The notes: generated by a model not told the origin, from the sequence alone. A stretch of DNA of 64,000 bases from Marsupella aquatica (GCA_973895155.1 OZ316893.1:3206490-3270489), one strand, 5' to 3'. Shown: positions 47,139 to 61,452, counted from the first letter of the stretch. Translations and numbers: made by a program.

Positions 47139-50100
47139 GGTTGTTGCACATGTATCGGTGTTCTGACTTGGCAGAGTTGATGGTATGGCATAAGACTCAT
47201 CGATCAGAGTCTGGTGTCATGCGGTTGCCAGTTGACTCCCCTGCTCACAAACATATTGAGGCAACATGGCCAGACTTTGCACATGATCCTCGCCATGTGA
47301 GGCTAGGATTGGCATCTGATGGAGTTAGCCCTCATTCACTTGGAGGAAAGGGGCAACCTACATCAGTTTGGCCTGTGGTTGTCATGAATTATAACCTCCC
47401 ACCATGGCTATCCATGAAGAAGGGGTTCCTTTTATTGTCTTTGATTATTCCAGGTCCAAAAAAGGTGAAGAACTTTGACACTTATTTGGCACTATTGGTT
47501 GGAGAACTTCAAAAATTATGGGATGGAGTGTGGGCATATGATGGCAGGAAAATTACAGGAGGTTTTCCACGTGTCTTTCAATTGAGAGGGATCATTTGTT
47601 GGACAATGCATGACTATCCTGGTAAGATGACTTCCATGCCATTTGCAACCCTTCAATAATGTGTAGTTCCTATTGTTGTTTCTCATGTGACAACCCTAAC
47701 ATAACGTTTGCATGGTTTGATTTCTTTTGTGTAAGCAGGGTTTGGTTTTGTCTCTGGATTGCAAACTCAGGGGTACAAAGCTTGCTCTACTTGTGGCCCA
47801 AGCTTAGAGGACATGGCCACATATTGTTCATGGATTAGAAAGATTGTTTATATTGGGCATACAAAGTTTCTTCCCATGGGGCATGAGATGAGGTTTGACC
47901 CACTTCTATTGTCCTCCTTTGACATGCCATTTGGTGATGAGCGTGAAATTCCTGATGCAACAAGTTTTGCACATTGGAAGTCACTAGCTGATAGGGTGGC
48001 AGACCCAAATGATTCCTTCACCTTTGATAGGACAGGTTTGACCAGGTGGACTATACTAGCCACTTTGCCCTATTGGTCTGAGTTGAAGATCCGCCATCTC
48101 TTAGACCCCATGCACATAGAGGGCAATGTGGGGAAGGCTTTGATAAAGCATTTTTATGGGGAGAAGGACACTAATTTTAGGGAGGCATGCAAGGAGATGG
48201 AAATGCATCCAGATGTTTGGGTGACAACTGATCCTATCACAGGTGTGGAGAATCGTCCTTCTGCTCCTTGGGTGTTGAGTGTTGGCCAAAGACGTGAATT
48301 TTGGAACCGTATAGGAGAGATGCGGTTTCCTACAGGCTATGGTGCCAACCTTCGAAAAGCTTTTGGGATGGAGGACAATCACAAGTGGCCACGATATCTG
48401 AAGACACACGACTATCATCGCCTATTGCAGCATATATTGCCAGTGGCAATTATAGGTATAGGGAGTGAAGAAGTGCAAGATGCCATCTGGTCATTGGGTC
48501 GTTTGTTGAGATGGATATGCTCAAAGGAGATATATGTAAAAGAGATCCCTGGGATGGAGGTATTGGCAGCTGAGGTGGTATGCAAGTTGGAGAAAGCCCT
48601 TCCTCCTTCCTTCTTTGATTGTCAGGTTTATTTACTTGTGCATCTTGTGCGGTAGGTTGCCATTGCTGGTCCAGTGCATTGTAGATGGATGTATTGGCTT
48701 GAGCGTTACATGGCGGTGTTGAAGGCTTATGTACGTAACCGTGCACGGGTGGAGGGAAGCATAGCTACAGGATACTTGGCAGCAGAGAGTATGTTTTATT
48801 GTAGTAACATCTTGGCCACCATTGATCCTACTTGTCCACGTACTTGGATGGAGGAAAGAGAAGAGGAGGACCGTTTAACAGGTGCCACAAAAACACGCAT
48901 GTTGACATCAACAGAGTGGTCACAGTTGACAACATTTATGTTGAGTAATAGTAATATCATGGAGAAATGAAGAGAGTTTTATGAGAATGCCAAGAGAACA
49001 AGTCAAAGAGCAAGAATTTTTCCTAAGATGCATGAGTATATGAAGCAAAAGTTGTTTGAGTTGGATGACAAGGTGACACAAGGAGGAGATGTGTCCCACT
49101 TTCCTACCATCACAGATGACGTTCGGACCATTGTTCATGGCCCTTTGAGAGTGGTGACATCCAAGACGGCTATGTGGACACAAGGGAGACACTTCAGGTC
49201 CACTAGTACCTAACCTTTCTTCCTCTATTAATTCATGTAGACCTTATTTTGATTAGTTATTTTTATTATTTAAAAACTTTCTATTATCATTAATGACATC
49301 CATAACTCTAATGTTGGCTTTTATATTTATGCCATAGGCCATGTGGGTTTTGGCTATTTAGGGATGGGTGTCATATTTTGATGATTATTACATTAATGGT
49401 ATCTTTTGTGTAATAAAAATTTGTGGGTTTTGTTAATTTCAGGGTTTCTTCCCTTGATGAGAAGAGGGGTCGTACTTTTGATTGTGGAGTTCAAGGGGAA
49501 TTTTCTCAAGACTCCAGAAGCAGCCGCCATGATAGGAACATTGTTAGAGATGTTGTGCCACACTATGGGAAGATAGAGGAGATCTTGGTGGTATCATATG
49601 ACAACCATTCAAAGTTTGAGGAATATGTCTTCAAGTGCAAGTGGCTCAAAGTGAACCTTGTTGGTCAAAATTGCACTGTACTTCAAGATGAGAGTGGGTT
49701 TACACGGTTGAAGACAAGTGCCACTAGTGTTCAAGCATCTCATTGGCAAACATCATAACCATTTGCTTTCCCATCACACTTGGAGCAATGTTTCTACATT
49801 CCATACCCCTTAGACACCGAGTGGTCAATTGTCATCACCTATGTGCCACGTTCTCATTCCATTATTTCTGAGAAGCCAGATGTTATTGTATCAGACCTAG
49901 ATGACCTTGAGGCCGATGAGGACCAAGTGTGAGGGACATATTTATATGCACTTGGGTCCAGCCTAGACATTTGTTCATGTTATATTTGATTTGTTCATGT
50001 TTGGTGATATACAAAAAGTATTGTCTATATTTATATTTGCCATTCATTTTTGAATGAGTCATACTCATGACATATGTATTGTATTGTTTTATTGTGATCA

Positions 50101-51319
50101 CTTGTGAATTTTACATGCAACTTTCTATCTAACCTCTGTTGCTCAATATAACTTTATTTCCTACTTTTCCATAATTTTCATTGTCACCCTCATGTTTCCC
50201 TCCTCCATGGTACGTCTGTCCCTCCTCCTCCCTTCCTCTTTCTCCTCCCTCCTTCCTCTTCCATTGTACTCCCTCCCTTTTCCATCCTTCATTGTACCTC
50301 CCTCCATCCTCCCTTCCTCTTCCCTCCTGCCCCATCCATATATTGGACCATCCACCCTCTTCATTGTCTCACCTCATAATAATCTTAATTTTTAGTTTGC
50401 AAACAATTTGCGAAGCTCACAAAATCTCACCCGACTCGCAATTTATATGAAGCTCCTCGTTTCTCAATATTTCCATACTATACTATTCGCAAACTTGTGA
50501 TTCAAAATCAATCACAAATTTCATATTCTCACCGTTTCGCAAATCTTCCATCCTCCGACATTCTTAAACTTGTCAAACAACTACTATCGCAAAAAAATTT
50601 CAATCCAACCTTCTTCACAAATATTTACATCAGTTAGTTTCGGAGTCGGCGAGCGATTTTGGCGTCTTCAGAAAGCGCCTTTCCATTCGGCGCATTTTGG
50701 TAAAAATTGCAAAATAAGTTACTTCGCAATGTATTAGTGATATAATGCGCTTCAAGTATTATCTTTGCGATAGGGATAGAATTGCAAATTGTGATGCGGG
50801 TTGATTCACAAATTATGCCAAGCGCCGCCCATTGGAAATACAAGAGCGTCGACAAAAATACCTTCGCAAAAGTGTCAAATATGTTGTAGTGAACGTGCAA
50901 TTCTCCCCGACAAGTCTGGCTTGTTGACCATGTACTTCAAACTATTGTGATCCGTGTGGAACACCACAAGGAGGATATGCATGGTCGAGGAGTTGGGGAT
51001 TTCCCCACCTAACTTGGTGAATCAGTGTACCATAACAAAGAAGTGGGGATTTCGGACATCTTAGGGAATTTAGTTGAAAATACCCATGCTTTCCCATACA
51101 TAACGAGGGATTTGATACTTCTAGCAGTTTGACGTTTCCCTGGGGTAATTTGCCTATGTGTCCCACAAGTGTGACATTTGGGGCGTTTCCCATAATATAC
51201 CCAACTACAGAAGGGTTTAGCGCCTCCACATTTCCCCACATTTGCGTGTTTATTTGTATAAGCCGGAGGCAGTTGGCATAATCCAGGTCCTTGGATGGTC
51301 GCGCTCTCCGCAACATCTG

Positions 51320-51990
51320 TGTGCATATTACCCGCATACCGTGGGGTATCGCTGGGGTATTTGGGATGTTAGCGTCCAATTGCCGCTCTCCAAGTGGCTT
51401 CGCTGAGGTGTGCAGGATGATATTCATATCCACCATCCAATTTTGTTGTGGTAAAGTGGGGATTCCGTGTGCATATTACCCGCATACCGTGGGGTATCTC
51501 TGGGGTATTTGGGTTGTCAGCGTCCAATTTCCGCTCTCCAAGTGGCTTCGCTGGTAGCCCTGGAGGTGCGCAGGATGATATGCATCTCCACCGTCCAATT
51601 TTGCTGTGGCTAAGTGGGGATTCCGTGTGCATATTACCCGCATACATTAGTGTATCTCTGGGGTATTTGGGTTGTCAGCGTCCAATGGCCGCTCTCCAGG
51701 TGGCCTTGCTGGCAGCCCTGGAGGTGTGCAAGACGATATGCATCTCCACCATCCAAATTTCCTGTTGTAAAGTGGGGGTTCTGTGTGCATATTACCCGCA
51801 TACCCTGGGGTATCGTTGGGGTATTTGGTATGCCACTTCCAATTGCCACTCTCCAGGTGGCTTCGCTAACAGCCCTAGAGGTTTGCAAGATGATATGCAT
51901 CTTCACCGTCCAGATTTCCTATGTCGAAGCGGGGATTACTTGTGCATTTTACCTGCATACCGTGGGGTATTTGTAGGGTATTTTTGATTC
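51320..51990. repeat. Diverged tandem array, ~150-158-bp unit, about 4.5 copies
   Basis: GTGCATATTACCCGCATACCGTGGGGTATC-like anchor at ~51321, 51469, 51627, 51785 and 51942. Whole units are homologous. Confidence 0.85.
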
Positions 51991-52387
51991 CAGGCTTCTT
52001 GCTGCGTCAAATTGCATCCGCATTGTCAAATTCCAGGATAATGTGCATCCGCATCGTCCAAATTGCCTACGATGAAGTGGGGATTCACGATGTAACGCCT
52101 ATGTATTGTGGGGTATTGGGGGATCCTCACATATTACCAATGGGGTATTAAAAATGTCTGGCGTCACCAGATGAATTGCATCGAAAACCATCCAGTCATA
52201 TTGCCAATGAATACCATGAAATGTCGATGGGTATCGTGAATGTAAGGTTCTTTATTGGGCCCAGCTTACGCAAATCAAATTTCTAATATGGTTTTGAATC
52301 ATTTCCTCATAGCGTTGTAAATAAGATCACAGTGAGTTAAGTAGCATTCATTTGTACATTAGAAACTAAGTACGTTAGCAACTCCCA

Positions 52388-52419
<32 letters not shown>

Positions 52420-52499
52420 TGTGAAACACGAAGCAAGTAGTGGTGGCCCTTGGTCAATATATAATGCAATCATATTCATAACCTGTCTAGCTTGTGCCA

Positions 52500-55400
52500 T
52501 TCATAGAGCGATGCAGGTATGCTATCTATGTAGTGAGTACTATACCTCTTCCTTGGCTTTCTTCATAGCATTTTCAGGGAAGATCCTTTGTTGGCCATCG
52601 GCATTTAGTCGGAAGATGTGTAACGATCACTACATTCTGCTCTACAATCCACCTGGCCACCATGTCCAATAACTCTGATGCATTTTTCTGAGCGTGTTTG
52701 GTGAATGGCTTGGGGGTAGTCTTTGACCGCTTGTTCGTATCTGCTACAAACGTGCGCAATTTGGCCTCCACTTCGCAGGTCTTCATCAAACCCATGGCTC
52801 TCATGCACAATACTAGTTTGGCGTCTTTGGTGAGCTTTTCAAAATTCTGCAAAAGTTACAGTCTTTGGTGAGCTTTTTAAAATATGATAGTACACCAATG
52901 ACAAGCTATAAATGATTATTTACAGAATCGTGCAAAACTTCTCAGTATATGCTTACTATATTGGAGTCTCCAGAAGCCTGGGACTTGTTACTTCTCGTCG
53001 ACCGGGTTCCTTGAGCACACAAAACTTCTTCCTGGTTTGCCTATACATATATAATGACCACATAATGAGACCACAAGAGTACATTCCACACATACAATTT
53101 CTGTCTACACATTGTACACAATGATCGCTGCAACCTAATAAAGGCTGTTGGCTTACAATGGATGGAAATAAGAAATCATACCATGTTTTTGCCGGTCAAC
53201 AACCGTTCCCTTGCATCCTCCTGTACCTTTGTTGAAATAGCTCTAAATGAAGGTACGTTTTCTTTGCCTGGGTTCGGACCCTTGCCTCTTCGTGCTCTAC
53301 TCAATGGTTGATTTAGGTCCCGAATGCTTGCAAGGACTCCACCTTGTTCCTTCTCGGTCTTAACCTGCCATGCATATGTGGATGTGCAAATCATTGTATA
53401 TATTGGTGAACCTAGGCTCAAAGTAGAATGAATTGCAAAGTCATATACATCACTTACAATAGAACTTTTAGGCCATTATAATAATTGCAATATACAAAAC
53501 TTATACATACAATGATATATGATATATACCTTGGACAGTAGCGGGTTGTTTCCCCCTATAGGACTGCTCTCAATCTTTTGTCTTTTTACCTGAAAAATAA
53601 GTATAAAGCAAACTCGGTGTCTTAATTTTAATTACGTATGTATGATATATAAGAACGCAACTAGCATGACAAAATACTCGTACCTTCGGTTCTGGTTGAT
53701 CGTTAGGCCTTATATTAGTGTCTTCATCATCCTCGTTAGATTCAATGTAAAGTTGGGTGGATGTAGTGAAGAAATCAACTTGCAAGTTGATAGTTGATGT
53801 TGACGATGTTTTCTCCTGGCTGCATGTAGTGGTATCCAGTACTTCAGTATCCTCGCTTGGCTCTCCATCGCTGGACCTGACCGCATCATCTGCTTTGCTT
53901 TCCTCTCTATGCTCTACTTCCGCCCCTCCCTCTGCATCTTCTTCATGGCCAGCTAATGCCAACACTTGCTTCTTCGGTTTTGAAAGAGGGTTTTCCTCAA
54001 CGTCAGGCATCTCCGGTAACCCCGCTCCATTGGAGGCCTTTCTTGAGACAGCAGAACCCTCAGGAGAGGGACCTATCTCCGGTAACCCCGCTCTCTTGGA
54101 GGTCTTTCCTGAGACAGCAGAACCCTTAGGAGAGGGACTTGAATACGATTGGCATACTTTATGAGCCAGATTGGGACTCATGGAACAATATGCTCTCGGA
54201 ACAAAAATGGACATGTCTTGCAATATGTACATGCACATCAATAGTGACGGTGCATGAGTGCTAGGGAATCTTGCAATATAAATATATTGTAGAAAACCAC
54301 ATTCATTCAACATCTCTACCTCTCGATACATATCGACTGGGCAACATGAAAAAACCTGCAGAACCCAGAGAAGCAGATTCATTCCGATGCAATGAACCTA
54401 GGGTTGGTAAATGCATATATATATTTATATATGTATATGGCACCATACTTACTGGTTTTAAGTGCCCAAACTGTACCATCTGTAGACCCTTTGAAGGTGT
54501 CATTAATGGCACCCAGTAAGGCACCAGCAATGACGGATTACCATCAGACAAGGCCTTCATGAACTTAATCTTCCACCATCTCACTTTCTTAATAACATGG
54601 ACGCTCTCTGGTATTCCACGACCAACGACCTCTCCACTGTACTGCCCCCTATACCTTACAGACTTATCGGCGTCTCTCATTTGCAGTTCTACCAAGGTCA
54701 CCTTGAATGCATACGCACGAAGTTCCACAAAAATCTCTGGGTATGATTGTCCATGTCCAATGGCAATCACTTCATCTGCATCTGGTTCTACCTTCATATG
54801 GTCAATTGCAAGATTGAGGAGGGCAAAAGGACGCAAAAAGGATTAGCTCAAAAAGGAGAGAAAAAGGACTCAAAGATCATAAAGATTTAGTTGAACACCA
54901 CTTCCATAAAGGTTTGACACACTTCCAAAATTGTTGTGCACACTTCCAAGAAGATTGGGACTTCCTAAAAGCCTGGACACACTTCCAAAGACTTGGCATG
55001 CAAGATCTCACCATCCAATCTCAACAAACTAATCCTAGCCATTTGGTGTTACACCTTGTCCACCCCTTGTAAATTGGGAAGGACTAGAATCCTTTTGGTG
55101 GAGAAATTGGATATCCTTTTTGCCCCCCTCAAGCTTGCAATTGACCATATCTGCAAAATCAGTCGGCTCCTTTTTCCGGGCCGTAGGGATGGCACCTGCA
55201 ATGAAATTCAGTGCAAGTATTTGAGGTTAATTCCAGGGTATTTCCAGGTTATTTCCAAGTTGCGAAAGATAGAACACAGTTCATTGCCAAAATCAATGGC
55301 ACTACGCTAACTAATGAATGGGAATCTGTCAGTACGTACCTTCTTTGATTTTTGCATTTGCTTTCCTCCATTCATGCTTTCTGTTCTTGACGACCTCAAA

Positions 55401-56326
55401 CAGGAAGCTTTCTGGCCAAGGCATCTCATGTTTAGATCCGGTTTCTGGACACTCAAATTTGAGAGGTGAAAGTTCGTGCATTCTACTATGAACATACAAT
55501 CGACAATTCTTTTTTGTCTTTGTGTCAGACTTGAAATCTGCACTGAGGTATTCGTATATCTCCTTGTCGGCGGCAAAATTCGCAAACCAATTCCTCACCA
55601 TTCTGTAATTTGCCTTGTGAGCTTGGTGCACTTCTACATGCTTAGAAGCCAGAATGGACCGTCCTCCAGATTTGTTGGTCACATTGAAGATGTCCTCTAC
55701 CGAAGGATAGAACTGTGCACATCAGCGTCGAAACACACATCAGCGTGTATTCAATCAAACAAAGAAACTACCATTGTGCACTGCATTAGATGCCTTCGCG
55801 TGATTATCAGAAGAGGTCCTTGTCGTGGTCGCAATGGATTTAAATATATAGGCTAATTTAATGTCACGGGAGACAAACAACTTACTTGATGATGCTTGGT
55901 AGAACCAATCATAGACGTCTCTCTCTCCGGCGCATCAGGAGTGCGGGTATTTTCAGCAGGCCTGATAGACTTGTGCTCTTCTTCACCAGAGCTCTCCTTT
56001 TGATTTGTATCACGTTCAGATAGTGTCTTCATTGGCGGCAACGGTGATGGCTGCAGCGGTGATGGTTGTAGCTGTGATGGCTGTGTGACTCCGGTATTGC
56101 TGCTCCCGTTGCATTCATTCACCCATCTCCTCAACTTCTTCCTGTGCACCCATGTCTTCATCCCCACACTGTCAAAGAAAAGTTGCCAATCATCCCCATC
56201 CATACAGAAGAAGCTTTCCCTAGTAAGATCCAACTCCTCAATTTTGGGAGTGTACATTGTCGATTCTAAACATTGATCAATGTTTTCACACAATTCCTTA
56301 CACATAAGCCTGCTCCATTCATGCAT
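52500..56326 (-). other. Probable multi-exon gene (or pseudogene) of unknown function with an N-terminal SAM-like domain; likely transposon cargo
   Basis: Co-oriented exon-like ORFs 55853-56326, 55329-55682, 54303-54836, 53570-54382, 53176-53421 and 52574-52852 with GT/AG-type borders. IEELDLTRESFFCMDGDDWQLFFDSVGMKTWVHRKKLRRWV resembles the SAM fold. Confidence 0.45.
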
Positions 56327-59300
56327 TGCAACTCTATTTCAATCAACGTCGATCAAGTGTAGGAAACTCTGAAGATCGACTTCACTCCAGGCGTACGCGT
56401 AGCAAAAATAGTGAAACACAGAGGGGGACTTAAAACGAAAAGGGAGTATTACACCAAGCGCACTCACTGCCTCTCTCGTTCATCGTTCGTTTGAATCGCC
56501 CGCCCGCGCGTGTTCAAGGTAAAGGCTGCGGGTTCATCATCCGTTTGAATCACCCACCCGCGCGTGTTCAAGGTAAAGGCTGCAAGGCAAGTAGTGCATG
56601 CGTTGCCCGCCTCAAAGCTGGTCCAAATTAATAATGTCACTCTTCAAAATGCGATATATCCGCAGTCCATTGCGTCAACCGCATCGCTGATTTTGTTTCT
56701 ATCCAGCCGATTTAGGCCAGGGATTTAGGAGTTGCGGTCATGATTATACAGCTGGGAAATTTTCCCTCACTCTACTATTCTAGGCCTAACTCAAAAGTCC
56801 ACGCAGTTTGGATTACTATGACAAGTTAGGACAAGATACAAACTATTCCCATGGAGACTAGCGCAGCCTGCGCTTTGGGAAAGTAAAGCCGCCAACTGCG
56901 ATGACCTTCTGATCAATGAGAAGCCTATGTGGCAAATACCCTACATAGGATACCAAGAAGATAAGGCTGGCCTCAGTTTCCCTCCAGTTTCAGAGGGATC
57001 GTTTCCTCGGGAATGATTCCAAAGGTACTAAAGAGTGGAGGTCATTGACCGTAGCTCACACCTCCCACTCTAAGTGTTCGATCCTCCTCTGTGCGAGCTC
57101 AGACAACTTCAGAATAAGTTTTACACGTTCGCGCCCGATAACATCATCCAAAACATGGAAGTCCATAGGCCACCTGCGGATCTTCGTACTACGTGGGAGA
57201 ATTCTCTGTCAAATCCCATGCCACCTTGTGCGATATCCTGTAATGTGTTTTGGATTTGGTAGAAATTATTGGCAGCACTCGGAGTCAATTCTTTTGATTG
57301 CAATAGTTTTTGCTTATGATTTGAGTTTGAAATGTGCTCGCAGGTCAAATACAGGGTTCTCGTATACTTCAAAGCAAAAGCAGATCTTACCTAACCCTTT
57401 ACCACCCACTTCTTCCTTAGCCTGGGCTTACTAGTAAATATCCTACAGTACCATTTACGCATCCTTGAAACTCGTCATCGATTTCACCGATCCCAAGGCT
57501 GGCCAGCCACCCCCTATACACCGATCCTTAGAAACCAACTAAACCATATATCTTCTTCGTGTCCGGTGCGCTCTGATCGATGGAACAGGTATGAATCTGG
57601 ATGTTCAATGATACAGACTCCGCGATCTATTTTCATGCAACATGCATCATTAATTATATATGGTATGTGGAATGTTTTGCAGGCTACGCAGGTCATATGA
57701 AACAGGTAGAGCATTAATATCAGAGGAAGTGAAGAAGCGGATGTGACGTAGTTTGTTCTGCCGGTGCGAGGTATGTGCAAGGTATGTGAGGGGTATGTTT
57801 GGGGTATTTGTGGTTATGCTCATTCCAACATTAATGTTACAAGGTTAGTATGAGAATGAACTCGGATATTTAGAACAGACCACACTTTTTGAGTCTTTGA
57901 GATTACAATTGAAGCAATATACATCATGAGCGCCATGCTGACAAAGGTGTTGTGGCATCATCCGAGGCCGATGCCTGTTTTGTGGCAACCGCCTGGGTTG
58001 CCTTGACAGGTAATCGGGTTGCCAGTATGCTATCCACCCCCCTTGCCAACCGGTATGCAGTGGTAAGTTGTCGCAAAAGATAATTTTATGACCTATTTTA
58101 TGCATATGGAAGTTGTCGTCTATTTTTTCATGATTACTTACTTCTTCATTGAGTTGCAGGCGTTGCCCCGGCCTTCAAAGTGCGAACTCCATTATTCATT
58201 TACATACATTACCCATCAATTCTCCATAAGTATAATGAACACCTACTGGAACAAGAACACATCTGCCATAAATGTATTGTTTGGGGTCACGTTGTTTTTA
58301 CGGTTGTCTGTATGCTTGTGTTTTTTTTCCCTTCCTGGTCGTTGGGATCGATGGAGCCGCGGATCCGCCCAATGAGTTTCAGGTGTTTCTCTGTTTTTTT
58401 GGTCTGTTGATGTCCGGAGATTGGGGAGGGGCCCTTACCCAATTCTCCGTGAACTATGATGACCCACTACATGATGTCGCTGCAATCCGCAAAAGCGCTA
58501 TAGTGGCTGAGTTCAATTTGCTGTCCTATATCAGAGTTTGAAGTTGGAAGTTTTCCTTGAGAAATTGCGCACAAATTGCAAAATGAAAAATTGCCGAGAC
58601 CCATTCATCGATTAAACACTAGCCGAGACCCATTCATCGATTAAACACCAGCTGATTAACACCCATTCAATTACTTTCTGGTACATTTTAACAAACGCAT
58701 TGTGGACATCACAACCTTCATTTAACAGATGCAGGTCCGAGCCCCCCTTTATTGCACATTGAAAATAAGTCGACCATTCACATACATACATTCTGGTCCC
58801 ACTTGCCCCACAAACCAAGCATACACGTTATGCCATATCAAACCAAAATGGCAGGTCATTGCATGGCATGTAGGAACCTTACAAACTAAAAGACTCCTGC
58901 CCAAAATGCCAAACCGTCGTACGTTGTGCTTGCATCTGGTCACATCAGATATGAGTTGCATCCAAACTATCAAGCAGGTCCTGCAATCTACATCTAACAG
59001 AACTAAGCTGCGACGCCGTGGCCGGGTCTGAAGCATTAATAGATGATCTTGAAGATTCTGCTGTCAGTATGCCTCCCTTGTGCAGTATGATAACTTGAAG
59101 GTACACTGTCCGTCTCGGGGGCCTCAATCCAAGGGGTGTCCCATATCACGCTCGAAGTTTTGGGGGAATAAACACCCTAAAAGTTAAGTCAATAAAGTTT
59201 TTTTTAGGAATTGTTTTACCCCTAACTTAATGGAATATTCCAAGAATATTCCCATATTTGATTTTAAAAAACCCTATGATTCTTATAATTCTGAAAATTG

Positions 59301-59374
59301 GATTAAAATAACCCTAATGTTCTTCAACAAAAATTTAAAAGTATTTCACTAAACCCAATAAAAAAACCCTATAC

Positions 59375-59968
59375 TTATTCGTGCGTGATGGGTTGGAAGA
59401 AAAGAAGTGAGGACCCCGGGCTGTCCGTCTTCAACTTTGTCTTCCGTGGAGTGACAGAAGTAGGCACCACAGAATGCAAGATCTCACAGTCATCATCGCT
59501 TACAGGTGACAAGGAATTAATAATGGCCTCACCGTCTTTGCAGCGGATCACTACGTCCACACATTCCATCTTTGTTGTAGCTCTATGGACAGTAGCAAAC
59601 TGGACAAAGTCTTCCTTCTCGCTAAAATCCTGCGGAGGCATCCCTATGAGATCAGTCGCTGCATCAAAAATCTTAGCTTGCACTGGAGGGAAGTGTGGCC
59701 CGATAGTAGAGTCAACCAGGAACACCTCAAAATGATACCTTTCTGTCCAGGTCCCAGCAGCAACCGAATTATGGGGACATCGACTTGACCCTTCAACAGT
59801 GCGATTACACATCCACCCAGGTGTCACGAAGCGAGTGCATCCATGGTATAGAAACTTCCATGGAAAATCGATTGGAGCATCAAAATTGACCACAAAAACC
59901 CTCATCGATGGGAAGGTCCTCATTTCTCCAGCATTGCAGCAGCCAACGACATCTTTAAGTGTGGCCAT
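59375..59968 (-). CDS. RPA1/RPA70 C-terminal OB-fold-like (Rep_fac-A_C-like) protein
   Basis: FLYHGC...MCNRTV...RCPH...RYHFEVFLVDST...KIFDAATDLIGMPPQDF matches the Zn-ribbon OB-fold pattern YxxC..C.K.V...C...RY.l.v.l.D.T....F..A..l.G. Confidence 0.6.
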   Translation of the reverse strand: MATLKDVVGCCNAGEMRTFPSMRVFVVNFDAPIDFPWKFLYHGCTRFVTPGWMCNRTVEGSSRCPHNSVAAGTWTERYHFEVFLVDSTIGPHFPPVQAKIFDAATDLIGMPPQDFSEKEDFVQFATVHRATTKMECVDVVIRCKDGEAIINSLSPVSDDDCEILHSVVPTSVTPRKTKLKTDSPGSSLLFFQPITHE

Positions 59969-60975
59969 GTTTCTGAAAAGAGCCGCCCAGCAGAAATCCA
60001 AACAATAGTGGCAAAGGGCAGGCACTCAGCCGAGCGCAAGCACTACTCAAGAAGGGACGAATAAACTCAGCACTACTCATTTGATCTGCAATGGTTGCGA
60101 ATCAAATGACAAGCCGGACTGCAGAACACTCGACAAATTGTGCAGAGTTGTCACTAGATAAGTACATTATCGTGGGGCGCAAAGTGAATGCAAGTAGAGG
60201 ATCCAGAAGGGAGACCCGGAGTTTAGGGCCGAGTTTTGGGAGACGTTGATTTTACGGGGACGTTGACTTTACGGGAGCGGAGCTTTGGGAGACATTCATT
60301 TTAGAGAGACGCGGAGTTTTTCTCTTGGGAGACATGGCGGACACTTCGTGTACTTGGGCACGTTTAAATGGAGTAAATATGCGGCAAAATAAATCAAATA
60401 AAAAAAGACTTTGTCTCCTTCCGTTCTAAATTTCTCACCCTTCCCCTAACATAAATCTGAGTTTTCATTTTCTGAAGGCATTGGCTGAACTTGTGGGAGC
60501 TTTCCTTACATACATTGAATCTTATAGAGGTTGCTATATGGCTGAACTTGTGATGAGGGGCCTAAAACAGGGCCCATAATAATGTCTACAATACTTTGTC
60601 AGTGCCATGTGCCACATGTTTCAAATGTTGGATCTAGGCCCTTATATTGCCAGTTATATGGACCATTGGCACACTTTATGTCACATCATGATGACTTACA
60701 AGGGGAGAGTTTTTAACACATTTTCCTGCTTTTAAGGTGAAGTTATAAGGGTTTTTGAAGAGGAGGGACACAAAAGCATTGGGTGAGGCAGGGGTCATTT
60801 TGCTTTTTAAAACTCTATTTTCTTTTCTTTAGGGGGGGGGCGGGGGGGGGGTCATCACGCACTTAGTATATATTATTACATAAATATGAGAAACATAAAA
60901 ATAAGATTGGAAATGATTATCATTTCCTTGCCAAGTCCTGTGAAACGCGACCAAACATACAGCTAGGCAGGCGTA

Positions 60976-61452
60976 TTAATTAATTTAAGGATGAAACATG
61001 GAGGTAGCTCAGGGTGTGTGGGGGTGGGGGTCACTTCCACCCATTAAATGTTCACATCATGTGCAAATGATCGAAGTAAGGGGCCTTTTATTCATTACCC
61101 TAACCCTAAACCCTAAACCCTAAGACTTGCGCACATATATGCATGCATGCATATGTGGAAGGTTAATTAATTTAAGGATGAAGTATGGAGGTAGCTCAGG
61201 GTGGGTGGGGGTGCGGGTCACTTCCACAAATTAAATGTTCATATCATGTGCAAATGATCGAAGTAAGGGGCCTTTTATTCATTACCCTAACCCTAAACCC
61301 TAAACCCTTACCCTAAACCCTAAGACTTGCGCACATATATGCATGCATGCATATGTGGAAGGTTAATTAATTTAAGGATGAAGTATGGAGGTAGCTCAGG
61401 GTGGGTGGGGGTGCGGGTCACTTCCACAAATTAAATGTTCACATCATGTGCA
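60976..61452. repeat. ~187-200-bp tandem repeat (2.5 copies) containing telomere-like CCCTAA(A) tracts
   Basis: TTAATTAATTTAAGGATGAA...GGAGGTAGCTCAGGGTG at 60976, 61163 and 61363. CCCTAACCCTAAACCCTAAA runs at ~61098-61123 and ~61285-61323. Confidence 0.88.

Larger units (their letters stand above)
40281..49932 (+). pseudogene. CACTA TnpD transposase (Transposase_21, DUF4218, DUF4216 regions) interrupted by a copia element
   Basis: HACVNDC, WFPIIPRL|LHMYRC (in frame once the copia and one TSD are removed), VRLGLASDG, YNLPPW, LIIPGPK, WTMHDYPG, HLLDPMHIEGNV, LKTHDYH, RWMYWLERYM, YVRNRARVEGSIA. Several stops. Confidence 0.92.
40281..50891 (+). mobile_element. CACTA (En/Spm) DNA transposon, left part lost
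   Basis: TnpD transposase present. Right TIR ...TATGTTGTAGTG ends at 50891 (CACTACAACATA on the minus strand). Clustered TTCGCAAA/TTTGCGAA subterminal repeats at ~50400-50870. Confidence 0.85.

Noticed and set aside
50129-50450. Short ORFs in the CT-rich tract
   Set aside because: Polypyrimidine low-complexity sequence within the CACTA 3' region.
51320-51990. Regularly spaced repeats resembling a CRISPR array
   Set aside because: The sequence between anchors is homologous from unit to unit (plain tandem repeat), there are no cas genes, and the context is eukaryotic.
61098-61323. True telomere or chromosome end
   Set aside because: Only 4-6 imperfect repeats, internal to a tandem unit and flanked by ordinary sequence.
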